Shown: positions 27,761 through 38,671, counted from the stretch's first letter. The stretch: 64,000 nt of DNA from an uncultured Nitrospirota bacterium (GCA_964373895.1 CAYJWQ010000001.1:15690-79689), one strand, 5' to 3'. Notes: generated from the sequence alone by a model not told the origin. Program-made: numbers and translations.

Positions 27761-28288
27761 TCAGAGAGATCCATCCTGCTTTGCCTTTTTCTTGAGTTTT
27801 CTAAAGAAAATGTCTTTTTTAAGGCTGCTGAAACGGTCGATCATTAAGACGCCATTGATATGATCCACCTCATGTTGAAACAACCGGGCAAGCAGTCCTT
27901 CACCGATGACGCGAATTTCCTTCCCCTCCCGGTCGAGTCCTTTTAATTCAACACGGTATGCCCGCTTCACCATTTCTTGATAGCCCGGCAGGGAAAGACA
28001 GCCTTCCTCGGAAACATCTTCTCCCTCCATCTCGATAATTTCAGGGTTGATCACAACCAGAGGCCCCTTGCGCGCCTCCACCGCTTTCTCATGTAGAGAT
28101 GAGTCGTAGACAAAAAGGCGGATCGGATCCCCCACCTGGGGGGCGGCCAGGCCGAGTCCCGGCGCGGCATACAACGTTTCGATCATGTCATTAATCCGTT
28201 TCTGAAGCGCCCCGTCGATTTGATGAACCGTCCCGGCCTTACAAAGCAGCACCGGCTCCGGGTATTTTACGATCTCTAAAATGGCCAT
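27761..28288 (-). CDS. def: Peptide deformylase
   Basis: 175 aa with all three signature motifs: GLAAPQVG, EGCLSLPG, QHEVDHINGV. Confidence 0.95.
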   Translation of the reverse strand: MAILEIVKYPEPVLLCKAGTVHQIDGALQKRINDMIETLYAAPGLGLAAPQVGDPIRLFVYDSSLHEKAVEARKGPLVVINPEIIEMEGEDVSEEGCLSLPGYQEMVKRAYRVELKGLDREGKEIRVIGEGLLARLFQHEVDHINGVLMIDRFSSLKKDIFFRKLKKKAKQDGSL

Positions 28289-28391
28289 CGTTTTTTCCTT
28301 AAGATGGAGAGTTTAAGCGAGGGAGGGGATGAATTTCAACTTTATTTCTTTATTTCTTGCAGGCCAGACCAAGTATTAACTATTTCACCCT

Positions 28392-28520
28392 TATAAACGG
28401 TCTCATTATGGTCTGTACATAAGACCGTTTATACTCAGCGCGCACAGCACGCGTGAGGGGGAGGATCCATTACCCCCCCATCCCCCCCTTTGCCAAGGGG
28501 GGGATGGGGGGGGGTGGAGG
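28392..28520. repeat. Family B repeat, copy 2 (inverted relative to copy 1)
   Basis: The core at 28392-28433 is the reverse complement of 26737-26778 with 1 mismatch. The adjacent ...gagggggaggatccattaccccccc atccccccctttgccaagggggggatgg module mirrors copy 1, with one indel of about 10 nt. Confidence 0.8.
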
Positions 28521-28656
28521 GCTTCATCCCTGTCCAGTTTTTGGGCTCCACTATATTACATGGGTCAAATCCGCCATTTGACAAAAGGTTCCATTTCTTA
28601 GTATGGTAAAGGCTTAGATCGGGGAAGTCAACCCAACGTATTTTAAGGAAAAAGAA

Positions 28657-29859
28657 GTGAAATTTCATACGATTGAAGATGCGATTTCCGACATGAGCAA
28701 GGGGAAAATGGTTATCCTGATTGACGATGAGGACCGTGAAAATGAGGGTGATTTGGTCATCGCGGCCGAGAAGGTGACCCCGGACGGCGTCAACTTTATG
28801 GCCAGGCATGGCCGCGGCCTGATTTGTCTCGCCCTGACAGAGGAGCGCGCCGAACAACTCCACCTCATGCCGATGGCGCAGGAAAACACCTCTACTTTTG
28901 GAACCGCCTTTACGATCTCCATTGATGCGCGCGCAAGGGTGACCACCGGCATCTCCGCGAAGGACCGGGCGACCACCATTTTAACAGCGGTTCACCCGGA
29001 CACGCGCCCTTCCGATCTGGCCCGGCCCGGACATGTCTTTCCCATTCGGGCGCAGAACGGCGGCGTTTTAAAAAGGGCGGGACAGACAGAAGGATCGGTT
29101 GACCTGGCCCGGCTTTCGGGCCTTTATCCCGCAGCAGTTATCTGTGAGATTATGAACGAAGATGGATCGATGGCCCGTCTGCCCGATCTGATCGAGTTTG
29201 GGAGTCAACATTGCATTAAGGTCGTCAGCATTAAAGCGCTCATCGAATATCGGATGAAACGGGAGTCGCTGGTACAACGCGTGGCAGACGCCCATCTGCC
29301 GACGCAATGGGGAGACTTCAGGGCGATTGTTTTTCAAAACGAGATTGACCATCAGTCTCATATCGCATTGGTGAAGGGCGATATTGATGGGACAAAACCG
29401 GTTTTGGTGCGCGTTCATTCCGGCTGTGTGACGGGTGATATCTTTGGATCAAAGCGTTGTGACTGCGGGGAGCAGCTTCATGTCGCGATGACGATGATCG
29501 AAGCGGAAAAAATGGGGGTGCTGCTCTATTTAAATCAGGAAGGGCGTGGAATTGGGTTGATCAACAAACTCAAGGCGTATCGGCTGCAAGATATTGGTCG
29601 AGACACGGTTGAGGCCAATTTAGACCTTGGATTTAAGGCAGATCTGCGGGACTACGGCATCGGCGCGCAGATACTGGTAAATCTTGGGCTTCAGAAGATT
29701 CGCTTGATGACCAACAATCCTCGAAAGGTGGTCGGCATCGAAGGGTATGGGTTAAAAGTCATGGAGCGGATACCGATCGAAGCAATCCCTCACGAAAAAA
29801 ATGTCCACTATCTTCAAACCAAAAAGAACAAGCTTGGGCACCTATTAAATAGAGTCTAA
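28657..29859 (+). CDS. ribBA: Bifunctional 3,4-dihydroxy-2-butanone-4-phosphate synthase / GTP cyclohydrolase II
   Basis: 400 aa. [12 protein letters not shown] (DHBPS) and [21 protein letters not shown] (GCHII zinc site). GTG start. Confidence 0.95.
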   Translation: MKFHTIEDAISDMSKGKMVILIDDEDRENEGDLVIAAEKVTPDGVNFMARHGRGLICLALTEERAEQLHLMPMAQENTSTFGTAFTISIDARARVTTGISAKDRATTILTAVHPDTRPSDLARPGHVFPIRAQNGGVLKRAGQTEGSVDLARLSGLYPAAVICEIMNEDGSMARLPDLIEFGSQHCIKVVSIKALIEYRMKRESLVQRVADAHLPTQWGDFRAIVFQNEIDHQSHIALVKGDIDGTKPVLVRVHSGCVTGDIFGSKRCDCGEQLHVAMTMIEAEKMGVLLYLNQEGRGIGLINKLKAYRLQDIGRDTVEANLDLGFKADLRDYGIGAQILVNLGLQKIRLMTNNPRKVVGIEGYGLKVMERIPIEAIPHEKNVHYLQTKKNKLGHLLNRV

Positions 29860-29883
29860 CGGGTTTGAGGAAGAGGTTCATGA

Positions 29884-30348
29884 ATGCCGACAACGTGGAA
29901 AGGGGGAAGAAGCGGGGCAAATCTTCGATTTGGCATTGTGGTAAGCCGGTTTAATCGCTCTATTACCGATCGGTTGTTAAAAGGGGCGCTTCAAGTTTTA
30001 GAGGCGCGGGGAACGCACGCCGGCGACATTGAAATCGCGAGCGTCCCCGGGGCATTTGAACTACCAGGGGTCGCAAAAAAGATGGGGCAAGTGGGGCGCT
30101 TTCATGCCCTGATTTGTCTTGGCGCGGTTATTCAGGGTGAAACGCCACACTTTCATTACATCTGCGCGGAATCCAGTCGGGGAATCGGACAGGTCGCTCT
30201 TGAACTGGGTCTGCCCGTTATTTTCGGTTTATTGACCACGGCCACCGTGGAACAGGCGATCGCCCGATCCGGTGACAAGAGGAATAAAGGCTCGGAAGCG
30301 GCAATGGCTGCGATTGAAATGGCCCACCTCTACAGGAACATAAAGTAG
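29884..30348 (+). CDS. ribH: 6,7-dimethyl-8-ribityllumazine synthase
   Basis: 154 aa. ...VPGAFELP... and the typical lumazine synthase length. Confidence 0.9.
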   Translation: MPTTWKGGRSGANLRFGIVVSRFNRSITDRLLKGALQVLEARGTHAGDIEIASVPGAFELPGVAKKMGQVGRFHALICLGAVIQGETPHFHYICAESSRGIGQVALELGLPVIFGLLTTATVEQAIARSGDKRNKGSEAAMAAIEMAHLYRNIK

Positions 30349-30462
30349 CGCCCCGCCCGCATAGGTTGACACCCATGAAGGGCCTCAAAATAGAACCAAC
30401 ACCTAACCGCCATTCCTGAATGTTTGATATGGAACACGCAAAAATCGTAATCTTGGATACGG

Positions 30463-30933
30463 ATGGGATTAATGGGATTAAGACGTAACGCAAGAGAATT
30501 GGCGCTTCAGGCCCTTTTTCAGGTCAGCTTTTCTGATAATAAAAAAGAGGCGCCCTCTTCTTTTTGGACCGAGAATAAAGCGCAGCCCGTCGTTAGGGCA
30601 TATACGGAGATGTTGGTCGCGGGGGTTCTTCAGCATCTGGCGGAGATTGACGCGATTATTGAAAAATATACGGAAAATTGGTCGCCGGAACGGATGGCCT
30701 TAACAGACCGCAATATTTTGCGATCCTCTGTTTTTGAGCTTCTTTATAAAAGTATCCCTCCGAAAGTCATTATCAATGAGGCGGTGGACATTGCAAAAAA
30801 ATATGGGAATGAAGACTCAGGGGCCTTCGTCAATGGCATCCTCGATCACATCCATCACGACTATCTTCCCACCGGCACAGACGGGCCTATAGGAGATCGT
30901 GGATGCGAATCCATCTCTTTGACGGAAAACTGA
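30463..30933 (+). CDS. nusB: Transcription antitermination factor NusB
   Basis: RRNARELALQALFQ... is the NusB N-terminus, in the ribH-nusB synteny. Two in-frame ATGs arise from a 9-bp tandem duplication (atgggatta x2). Confidence 0.85.
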   Translation: MGLMGLRRNARELALQALFQVSFSDNKKEAPSSFWTENKAQPVVRAYTEMLVAGVLQHLAEIDAIIEKYTENWSPERMALTDRNILRSSVFELLYKSIPPKVIINEAVDIAKKYGNEDSGAFVNGILDHIHHDYLPTGTDGPIGDRGCESISLTEN

Positions 30934-31427
30934 CGGATCTGCGAGGGGAATTGCTGGTGGTCACCTGCTTTGAAGATGTTCGACCGCTTCGCGGATTTGC
31001 CGGAGAGATTGATTGGTATTATAGCGGTATTTTTTCACGTGTCTTGATGAATCAGTCCGGCGCAGGGAAATTCGGCGAGGCGATTCTGATATCGACTCCA
31101 GAGAGGATACAGGTGTCGAAAGTGATCTTGGCGGGGGTGGGGCCGTGGGATTCGTACGATTATCCCCTCTTATCCGCGTTCGCAAAACGGGTTGTTCAAC
31201 TGATGGAAGATTTGCGCGTGCGCGCATGCGCCATTGAGCTATTTATACCAAAAAAGAATCAGGCCAACCTGATTCTCCTGGTGATCTCTTTTTTGAAAGG
31301 GATCGAAGAGATGGGGTACGCAGAGCGGCCGCTTGATTTTACCTTTGTTGTTAGGAAGGTCCCCGCCGCAGGTCTGCTGCGTCGGGAGGGTATAAACGGG
31401 GCATGTCGCTGGCGCCCCATACGTTAA
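30903..31427 (+). CDS. Stand-alone peptidase-M17 N-terminal-like (macro-like) domain protein
   Basis: 174 aa. ELLVVTCFEDVRPLRGFAGEIDWYYSG...GKFGEAILIS...VILAGVGP follows the pattern of the leucyl-aminopeptidase N-domain. No catalytic domain is present. Confidence 0.4.
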   Translation: MRIHLFDGKLTDLRGELLVVTCFEDVRPLRGFAGEIDWYYSGIFSRVLMNQSGAGKFGEAILISTPERIQVSKVILAGVGPWDSYDYPLLSAFAKRVVQLMEDLRVRACAIELFIPKKNQANLILLVISFLKGIEEMGYAERPLDFTFVVRKVPAAGLLRREGINGACRWRPIR

Positions 31428-31437
31428 AGTCGCTGAT

Positions 31438-32739
31438 ATGATTGATCGATATTGCCGGTCGCAGATGGCGGCCATTTGGGAGTCGGAGCGTCGGTATCAA
31501 ACGTGGCTTGATATCGAACTTTTGGCATGCGAGGCGATGGTACAGGAAGGGGTGGTGCCCCCATCGGCCTTCAAGACCATTCGTGAAAGGGCCAAGGTGG
31601 ACGTCGCGCGGATTGATCAACTGGAAAAAGAGGTGCGGCACGACGTCATCGCCTTTCTTTCATCCATGACCGAAAAGATCGGCCCGGAGGGACGGTATCT
31701 TCATTGGGGAATGACCTCTTCCGACGTCCTTGACACCGCGCTTTCAGTTTTGATGGGTCAGGCGGCTGATTTATTGATTGATGACATCATATCGCTTCTT
31801 GTCGTCCTAAAAGAGAAGGCCGAGACCTACCGGGAGACCCTCATGATTGGCCGATCGCACGGCATGCATGGGGAACCGATCACCTTCGGCCTGAAAATGG
31901 CCCTTTGGTATGCGGAGATGCGGCGAAACCTCTTGCGCATGCGCCAGGCGAAAGAGATGATCTCGTTCGGGAAGCTGTCAGGGGCGATGGGAACCTACGC
32001 GCATATCTCCCCTTTCGTTGAGACGCATGTCTGCCATCGCCTTCATTTAAAACCGGAGCCTGTCTCAAATCAGATCGTCCAGAGAGACCGCCACGCCCAA
32101 TTCATGCAAACCCTGGCCCTGATCGCATCCAGCCTGGAGAAGTTTGCGACGGAGATTCGTCACCTCCAGCGGACGGAAATATTAGAGGTGGAAGAACCTT
32201 TTGAAGCGGGACAGAAAGGGTCTTCCGCTATGCCGCACAAACGCAATCCGATCGGCGCGGAAAATATCTGCGGGCTAGCCCGCGTGATTCGCTCCAATGC
32301 GGCGGCCGCCCTCGATAATATCCCTCTATGGAATGAAAGGGATATCAGTCACTCGTCGGTTGAACGGATCATTATTCCTGATAGCGCCATTCTGCTGGAT
32401 TTCATGCTTCATCGTTTCACCGAGATCATGCGAAGACTCGCCGTCTATCCAAACCAGATGGCAAAAAACGTCGAATGGACGGAAGGAGTGATCTTTTCCC
32501 AAAAGGTCTTGCTGTTGCTGATCCAGAAAGGGATGGAGCGGGAGCGCGCTTACGGCATCGTGCAAGATGCGGCGATGCAGGCCCTTCAACAGGGGAAATC
32601 GTTTCACGAGACGATTCTGTCTCACCCAAAAATGCCAGGCGATATAAGCCGGCAGGAGTTGGACGGCTGCTTTGACCCGCGCGCGTTTATCAGACATCTC
32701 GAAACAACCTATAAGCGCGTCTTTAGCGAAACGGAATAG
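31438..32739 (+). CDS. purB: Adenylosuccinate lyase
   Basis: 433 aa. The fumarate-lyase signature GSSAMPHKRNP is present. Confidence 0.95.
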   Translation: MIDRYCRSQMAAIWESERRYQTWLDIELLACEAMVQEGVVPPSAFKTIRERAKVDVARIDQLEKEVRHDVIAFLSSMTEKIGPEGRYLHWGMTSSDVLDTALSVLMGQAADLLIDDIISLLVVLKEKAETYRETLMIGRSHGMHGEPITFGLKMALWYAEMRRNLLRMRQAKEMISFGKLSGAMGTYAHISPFVETHVCHRLHLKPEPVSNQIVQRDRHAQFMQTLALIASSLEKFATEIRHLQRTEILEVEEPFEAGQKGSSAMPHKRNPIGAENICGLARVIRSNAAAALDNIPLWNERDISHSSVERIIIPDSAILLDFMLHRFTEIMRRLAVYPNQMAKNVEWTEGVIFSQKVLLLLIQKGMERERAYGIVQDAAMQALQQGKSFHETILSHPKMPGDISRQELDGCFDPRAFIRHLETTYKRVFSETE

Positions 32740-32855
32740 CAGGTGGCTGAAAAACTCATTGTTCAGAAACCTGCTAACCGATGCAGGGATGCATCGGCAA
32801 AATCAACGCCGTCTAACGCGTTTATTTTGTGATAGACATTCTCGAAAGGTAGCGT

Positions 32856-33104
32856 ATGAAGGCAAAGGTGTATGTTACGTTAAAGGATGGCATCCTTGAT
32901 CCACAGGGCAAGGCGATTGAGCGGGCGCTTTCCGTGTTTGGTTTTACGGAGGTAAAACAGGTTCGTGTGGGAAGATATATGGAAGTGGACATTGCGCCTG
33001 GCGAGTCCGAAGCGGTGGAGGCCCGCGTCAAGGAGATGTGTGAAAAGTTGCTGGCAAACACCGTCATTGAAAAGTACCAGTTCACAGTGGATCATGGGAA
33101 ATAA
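32856..33104 (+). CDS. purS: Phosphoribosylformylglycinamidine synthase subunit PurS
   Basis: 82 aa. VYVTLKDGILDPQGKAIERAL is the typical PurS sequence. Confidence 0.85.
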   Translation: MKAKVYVTLKDGILDPQGKAIERALSVFGFTEVKQVRVGRYMEVDIAPGESEAVEARVKEMCEKLLANTVIEKYQFTVDHGK

Positions 33105-33132
33105 TTTGGAAATAATCTCTTAGGGAGGAATC

Positions 33133-33555
33133 GTGATTGAACAGACGTTGGCCATGATTAAGCCGGACGCGGTTTCGAAGAATCTCATCGGAGAAATCCT
33201 TCGGAGGTATGAAGCGGCCAAATTCAAAATCGTTCATCTTCAAATGCTCCATCTAAGCAAGGATGAGGCGGAGGCTTTTTACGACGTGCACCAGGGAAGG
33301 CCCTTTTTCGAAGGTCTGGTCTCTTTTATCAGCTCTGGACCGGTCGTGGCGGTCGTCCTGGAAGGAGAAGATGCCATTATGCGGCATCGCGCCCTGATGG
33401 GCGCAACCGATCCCAAACAGGCCGACGCAGGAACCATTCGGGCCGACTTGGGCGATGGCATTGAAGCAAATGTCGTTCATGGATCTGATTCTAAAGAAGC
33501 AGCGGAGTTTGAAATCCCGTTCTTTTTCGGGCAGGAATCGGTCATGCGCCATTGA
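33133..33555 (+). CDS. ndk: Nucleoside-diphosphate kinase
   Basis: 140 aa. [10 protein letters not shown] and the active-site [11 protein letters not shown] start. Confidence 0.95.
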   Translation: MIEQTLAMIKPDAVSKNLIGEILRRYEAAKFKIVHLQMLHLSKDEAEAFYDVHQGRPFFEGLVSFISSGPVVAVVLEGEDAIMRHRALMGATDPKQADAGTIRADLGDGIEANVVHGSDSKEAAEFEIPFFFGQESVMRH

Positions 33556-34928
33556 TCCATGAGAAGATGTACGACGCCGTTTTTATCGGATCGAGCCTTA
33601 TCTCACTTACGGCAGCTACCGTCTTAACCAGAAAGAACCAGTCCGTTCTATTCTTCCCAAGTCTGGACATTTCCGAACCCTCCTTGTTTGATTTCACGTT
33701 GGGGCCGCTCCTCTATATGGGACTTCCTCATGGAGAGGAGATGGAAAGCCTTCTCTCTCATTTATCTCTGCCGATGAATGCCCTGTCGGAGAGATCCCTC
33801 AAAAAGGCCACTCCCCTCTTACAATTGCTGCAATCTTTCCATCGGGTGGATCTCTTTTCAGGGAAAGAAGCGTACCGTCAGACCCTTCAGAGGGAATTTT
33901 TTGGGGACACATCTAAAATCGCCTCCTTTTTTCCCGCCATCGAAAGAGAAGAACGATGGATTCGACCCTTGCCAGAGGAAGCGCCGGAAAAACTCGCAGG
34001 CAAGGTTCATCTCCTATGGAAAACGCTGGCACTTCGTCTGAACATTTTTAGAAAACAAAGAAATCGCGCAGCCGCTTTTATGGCGCCATTTGCATTCGGC
34101 GCCGATTTCATCGAGCACCTCAATCTCCTCTCTCTTTTCGGTTATAGGAAGAGACTCTCCGCGATTTCTGAATATCAATTGATCCTCTTGCTATCGGAGA
34201 TGCAAAAGTCGGGGGGGAGGTGGATCGGCGGGTTTCCTGCTGTCGAGGCCTTTTTCCTGAAACTGATTCAGGAAGGAAATGGAAATATCCTGAAAGGGGC
34301 AAAGATCGCGACCATTAAACTGAATGGCAGAAAAATTGAGGGCTTGTCGTTGGAGGATGGAACCTATCTCCCCTGCCGGCATTTAATTGTGACAGAGACG
34401 CCTCAAGAATCCGAATGGACATTCTATTTTAAAATACGAAAGGAGTGGATTCCCTCGCCTATGGGCGAGAACATGGTGATGACATGGGAGGAAGCGCCCC
34501 CTTTTTTAGAAAACATTCTGATCATCCGCATGAGTCTGCCTGAAGAGGAAAAGAGGGTGAAGGGAAAATATAGAGGGCTTTCCGCCACCTGTCTGATCCG
34601 CGTCTATGATCAGGCGACGCCGTTTCAGGCCGAGGATATTAAGACCATGATTCTAAAAAAACTCCATTGGTTGATCCCTTTTTCTGAATCGGAAATTCAA
34701 GAGGCACAAGAGGATCGGCGCTATCAAGAAACATCTCCCCTCCCTCTCTCTGTAAAACGCCAGATAGAAGAGGCAAAAACGGTCAGGAATCTCTCTGTGA
34801 TTGAGAATGACCTTTCGATGCAACTAGGATGGAGCTCGCATCTTAAAGAGGCGATGGCGCTGGCATGCCGTCTTCACTCTGCATGGCGACCTTCATCCCT
34901 TGACAAGAAACCGTCCGCTCATTTATAA
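33552..34928 (+). CDS. Hypothetical protein with a degenerate FAD/NAD Rossmann N-terminus (CrtI/amine-oxidase-like shape)
   Basis: 458 aa. [29 protein letters not shown] occupies the dinucleotide-binding position, but GxGxxG reads GSSLIS. The start overlaps the ndk stop (TTGA); an alternative ATG is at 33567. Confidence 0.35.
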   Translation: MIHEKMYDAVFIGSSLISLTAATVLTRKNQSVLFFPSLDISEPSLFDFTLGPLLYMGLPHGEEMESLLSHLSLPMNALSERSLKKATPLLQLLQSFHRVDLFSGKEAYRQTLQREFFGDTSKIASFFPAIEREERWIRPLPEEAPEKLAGKVHLLWKTLALRLNIFRKQRNRAAAFMAPFAFGADFIEHLNLLSLFGYRKRLSAISEYQLILLLSEMQKSGGRWIGGFPAVEAFFLKLIQEGNGNILKGAKIATIKLNGRKIEGLSLEDGTYLPCRHLIVTETPQESEWTFYFKIRKEWIPSPMGENMVMTWEEAPPFLENILIIRMSLPEEEKRVKGKYRGLSATCLIRVYDQATPFQAEDIKTMILKKLHWLIPFSESEIQEAQEDRRYQETSPLPLSVKRQIEEAKTVRNLSVIENDLSMQLGWSSHLKEAMALACRLHSAWRPSSLDKKPSAHL

Positions 34929-34930
34929 GT

Positions 34931-35341
34931 GTGACAGACATGGCGACTAAAATCCCTGAAAATTTCAGGTATCACAAAGAGCATGAATGGGTCCGAGCGG
35001 AAGGCAAATTGGCCACGATCGGCATTTCAGATTTCGCGCAGGCGGCGCTGGGAGACATTGTCTATCTCGAAATACCTAAGACAGGGGTAACGGTGCAATA
35101 TGGAAGCGAGATTACAGAGATTGAATCGACCAAAACGACCTCCCCTCTGTACGCCCCTGTGAGCGGAAAAATCGTCTCGGTCAATGAGAAATTAAGAGAG
35201 AAGCCGGAGCTGATCAACCAGGACCCCTATGGGGAAGGATGGGTTGTGGTGATTGAGATGGCAAGGCCCAAAGAGGTAGAGCAACTGATGACGGCTGACG
35301 CGTATGAGGGTTTTCTTAAAAGAGAAGATTCGTCCTCTTAA
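34931..35341 (+). CDS. gcvH: Glycine cleavage system protein H
   Basis: 136 aa. ...HEWV... and the lipoyl-lysine motif EIESTKT. Confidence 0.9.
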   Translation: MTDMATKIPENFRYHKEHEWVRAEGKLATIGISDFAQAALGDIVYLEIPKTGVTVQYGSEITEIESTKTTSPLYAPVSGKIVSVNEKLREKPELINQDPYGEGWVVVIEMARPKEVEQLMTADAYEGFLKREDSSS

Positions 35342-35723
35342 ATTTTTGTTCCTTCCATCAACCTTCCCGAAATATCTGTTGTCCGTTGTTGCCCTTGCCT
35401 TTGCGGCCTCTTTTCAGCTTTGGGCCGAGCGAGAGGGCGAACTTTTATCGAAAGGGCGTCTTCCCCTATTAACCGTCGCGTCTGAACAAGGTAAAATCCC
35501 CGTTCGTTCCCCCATCCGTTCCATGGATGTGAATCAACTCACATTTAAGGAGCTAACGGCGCTTCCCGGCATTGGTGAAAAGCTCGCCAGGGAGATTCTC
35601 AACGATCAGGAGACGCGGGGACCGTTTCGAAAACCATCGGATCTCCTGCGCGTTAAGGGAATCGGTCCAGGGCGGCTTAAGGGAATAGCCCCTTATCTTC
35701 ATTTTAAATCAGACGATGATTAA
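35304..35723 (+). CDS. ComEA-like helix-hairpin-helix DNA-binding protein
   Basis: N-terminal membrane anchor. C-terminal [16 protein letters not shown]...[21 protein letters not shown] forms two HhH motifs. Confidence 0.75.
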   Translation: MRVFLKEKIRPLKFLFLPSTFPKYLLSVVALAFAASFQLWAEREGELLSKGRLPLLTVASEQGKIPVRSPIRSMDVNQLTFKELTALPGIGEKLAREILNDQETRGPFRKPSDLLRVKGIGPGRLKGIAPYLHFKSDDD

Positions 35724-36918
35724 GAAACGATCGGATAAAATGGAAGAGGCATTTAAGCTTCTGTCTCGCGGCGCCGTGGAGGTCATTCAGCAGGCAGAGC
35801 TCCTTGATAAGCTGAAAAAATCAAGTGAAGAGGAGCGGCCGCTTCGGATCAAGGTCGGGTTTGACCCGACCTCTCCAGACCTTCATCTGGGGCATACCGT
35901 CCTGTTCCAAAAAATGAGGCAGTTTCAAGAGCTGGGGCATGAGGTTATTTTTCTAATCGGAGATTTTACCGGCATGATTGGAGATCCCTCCGGCCGGTCG
36001 GAGGCGCGCAAACCGCTCACCCGAGAAGAGGTGCTTAAAAACGCGGAGACGTATCAGGCCCAGGCGTATAAAATACTCGATCCAAAAAAGACCGACATCC
36101 GTTTTAACAGCGCGTGGATGTCCGCGATGACCGCAGAAGGTCTGATCCATCTGGCCTCCCAATATACGGTCGCCCGCATCTTAGAGCGTGACGATTTTCA
36201 GGAAAGGCATCGGTGCGCCCGTCCGATCGGAATCCACGAATTCCTCTACCCCCTGATTCAAGGCTACGACTCCGTGGCCCTCAAGGCCGATGTGGAGTTG
36301 GGCGGGACCGACCAAAAATTTAATCTTTTGGTGGGGAGGGAGTTGCAAAAGGTCTATGGCCAGCCGCAGCAGGTGGTGATGACCTTTCCACTCTTAGAAG
36401 GGACGGACGGCAAAAGGAAAATGAGTAAGAGTTTTGGCAACGCCATCGCCCTGGAAGATTCTCCCGCTATCATGTTTGGAAAAATCATGTCTATTCGGGA
36501 TGAGCTGATGCTCCGGTATTATGATCTGTTGACCAGCGAGGATATGGACTGCATCAAGGGGCTTCATCCGATGGAGTCAAAGCTGAAGCTTTCTTTTATG
36601 CTGGTGGAACGGTTTCATGGGGCCGACCAGGCACAGGAAGCCCGAAGGCAGTTTGACGCGACTGTCGGTCGTGGAGACCCGTCCGTATCATGCGCAGAAT
36701 GCCGATTGACGCCTGGCGCCAATCGGCTCGTCGATTTATTGCATGAACGGGGATGGGCGGAAAGCAAGGGCGCTGCGCGTCGTCTTATCACACAAGGGGG
36801 AGTGGAGCTAAACGGGAAGAAAGTGACAGACCCGCAATCTGAAATCGTGATTGAATCTGGCCACACTTACGATCTAAAGATCGGGAAAAAGATACGTTAT
36901 CGTCTGACGGGTCTGTAA
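35716..36918 (+). CDS. tyrS: Tyrosine--tRNA ligase
   Basis: 400 aa. HLGH and KMSKS class I motifs plus a C-terminal S4-like domain. Confidence 0.95.
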   Translation: MIKKRSDKMEEAFKLLSRGAVEVIQQAELLDKLKKSSEEERPLRIKVGFDPTSPDLHLGHTVLFQKMRQFQELGHEVIFLIGDFTGMIGDPSGRSEARKPLTREEVLKNAETYQAQAYKILDPKKTDIRFNSAWMSAMTAEGLIHLASQYTVARILERDDFQERHRCARPIGIHEFLYPLIQGYDSVALKADVELGGTDQKFNLLVGRELQKVYGQPQQVVMTFPLLEGTDGKRKMSKSFGNAIALEDSPAIMFGKIMSIRDELMLRYYDLLTSEDMDCIKGLHPMESKLKLSFMLVERFHGADQAQEARRQFDATVGRGDPSVSCAECRLTPGANRLVDLLHERGWAESKGAARRLITQGGVELNGKKVTDPQSEIVIESGHTYDLKIGKKIRYRLTGL

Positions 36919-36965
36919 CACTTACGGCGTAACCTGTGAGGGGCGGGTATCCTCTGCGGGGGGGG

Positions 36966-38384
36966 CTACCTTAAATTCAGCGCCATAAATTTCAGCTCGG
37001 TCATCTCCTCGATGGCATAGCGCAGGCCCTCGCGGCCAAACCCGGAATCCTTCATCCCTCCGTAAGGCATATGGTCAATCCGATAGGTGGGAACGTCGTT
37101 AATGATAAGCCCGCCAACGTCAATCCGATCAAAGGCCAAAAAAACATCCTTAATCTCGGAGCCGAAGAAACCTGCCTGCAATCCGTACGCGGAATGGTTC
37201 ACCTGATGAATCGCTTCATCCAGATGTCGATAGGGGGTCACCGTGACAATCGGGGCAAAGACCTCCTCACAGTTGACCGCCATTTCCGGTGTCGTCTCGG
37301 CGATTACCGTCGGCTCTAGTAAGGAGCCAACCCGCTTCCCACCCGTTAAAATCTTGGCGCCGTGGCTTGCCGCCTCACGAATCCACCCTTCCGCCCGTTC
37401 CGCCGCCTTCGTATCAATCATGGAGACCATCTCGGTCTTCTCATCCAGCGGATCCCCCACCTTCAGAGACTGAATCTTCGGAATAAACCGATCCAGGAAT
37501 TTCGGGTAAATCTCCTCCTGAACAAAGATGCGCTGAACAGAGATGCAGACCTGGCCTGCATAAGAAAATCCCCCCACGGCGCATCGCTGCGCGGCAAAAT
37601 CAATATCTGCGCCTGTATGCACAATCACACCCGCATTCCCCCCCAATTCGAGAATTACCCGTTTTTTAGAGGCCCGCGCTTTAAGATGCCAGCCGACCGC
37701 GGCGCTCCCCGTAAAGCTAAGCACCTTCATTCGGGGATCAAGCGCCATCTTTTCGGCTTCCGAATTCTCGCAAAGAAAAATACTGACCGCCCCTTCCGGA
37801 ACACCGACCGAAGCGATAATCTCGGCCAAAAGAAGGGCTGTCAGCGGCGTCTTTGGGGCTGGCTTTAAAATAATGGAATTTCCCGACGCGAGCGCCGGCG
37901 CAATCTTATGGGCCACCAGATTCAACGGAAAGTTAAAGGGGGAGATGCCGACAATGGGGCCGATCGGCACCCGCCTGGTGATCCCGGTTCTTCCTTCCGA
38001 TCCTGGCATAAGATCAAGCGGGATCACCTCCCCTTCCAGCCTTTTTGCCTCTTCAGAGGCGACCTGAAAGGTATTGACCGCCCGATTGACCTCCACCCGC
38101 GCATCGGTAATCGGTTTTCCGGATTCCAGTGTAATCATCCGGGCCACCTCTTCCTTGCGCCCGCTTAATCCCTCTGAAATCCGACGCAATACCTCGGCAC
38201 GACGGAAGGCGGGAAGATGCCGCATCTCTTCAAACCCCTCCACCGCGGCGGCCATCGCGGCCTCCACATCTTCGGAGGAGGCATGATAGGTAATCCCGAC
38301 GACCTGGTGGTTATAAGGGTTGATTACCTCAACTTTTTGGGAAGACCTTTTCCATTTCCCCCCGATTAAGAACGGATATTCCAT
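36966..38384 (-). CDS. NAD(P)-dependent aldehyde dehydrogenase
   Basis: 472 aa. ELGGNAG and the catalytic Cys region FSYAGQVCISVQR. Confidence 0.85.
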   Translation of the reverse strand: MEYPFLIGGKWKRSSQKVEVINPYNHQVVGITYHASSEDVEAAMAAAVEGFEEMRHLPAFRRAEVLRRISEGLSGRKEEVARMITLESGKPITDARVEVNRAVNTFQVASEEAKRLEGEVIPLDLMPGSEGRTGITRRVPIGPIVGISPFNFPLNLVAHKIAPALASGNSIILKPAPKTPLTALLLAEIIASVGVPEGAVSIFLCENSEAEKMALDPRMKVLSFTGSAAVGWHLKARASKKRVILELGGNAGVIVHTGADIDFAAQRCAVGGFSYAGQVCISVQRIFVQEEIYPKFLDRFIPKIQSLKVGDPLDEKTEMVSMIDTKAAERAEGWIREAASHGAKILTGGKRVGSLLEPTVIAETTPEMAVNCEEVFAPIVTVTPYRHLDEAIHQVNHSAYGLQAGFFGSEIKDVFLAFDRIDVGGLIINDVPTYRIDHMPYGGMKDSGFGREGLRYAIEEMTELKFMALNLR

Positions 38385-38671
38385 CGTGTCCTCCTTATTT
38401 TAAATACGGACTCTTTATATGATGATAATTCAGTCGGGATGAAGAATCAAATTGGAAAGGAGGTTATTCCTTTTTAAGGGTGTCTGATATAACGACTCTG
38501 TTTTTCTCGGCGTCGGCGTGTTCGATAAGCCCATTCGCCGTTTTGCTATGGGTTGGATAGATGGCCACACCGACGCTGATCGTCAGGGCTTGTGAAAAAA
38601 TATAAAACTACCGACACCGTTTTATACGCTGTCTTGACAATGCCATTATGATACGACTACGCTGAAATTAG

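Noticed and set aside
28440-28525. G/C homopolymer-rich tract (ccccccc atccccccc ... gggggggatgggggggg) that looks like low-complexity or CRISPR-like repetition.
   Set aside because: It is the hairpin module of the family B repeat and mirrors 26667-26715. There is no repeat-spacer periodicity anywhere in the window.
28289-28656. Possible FMN (RFN) riboswitch upstream of ribBA.
   Set aside because: I could not find the conserved RFN core sequences. The region is occupied by family B repeat copy 2 plus a possible TTGACA-16 nt-TAGTAT promoter (about 28579-28606). A covariance-model scan would be needed to be definitive.
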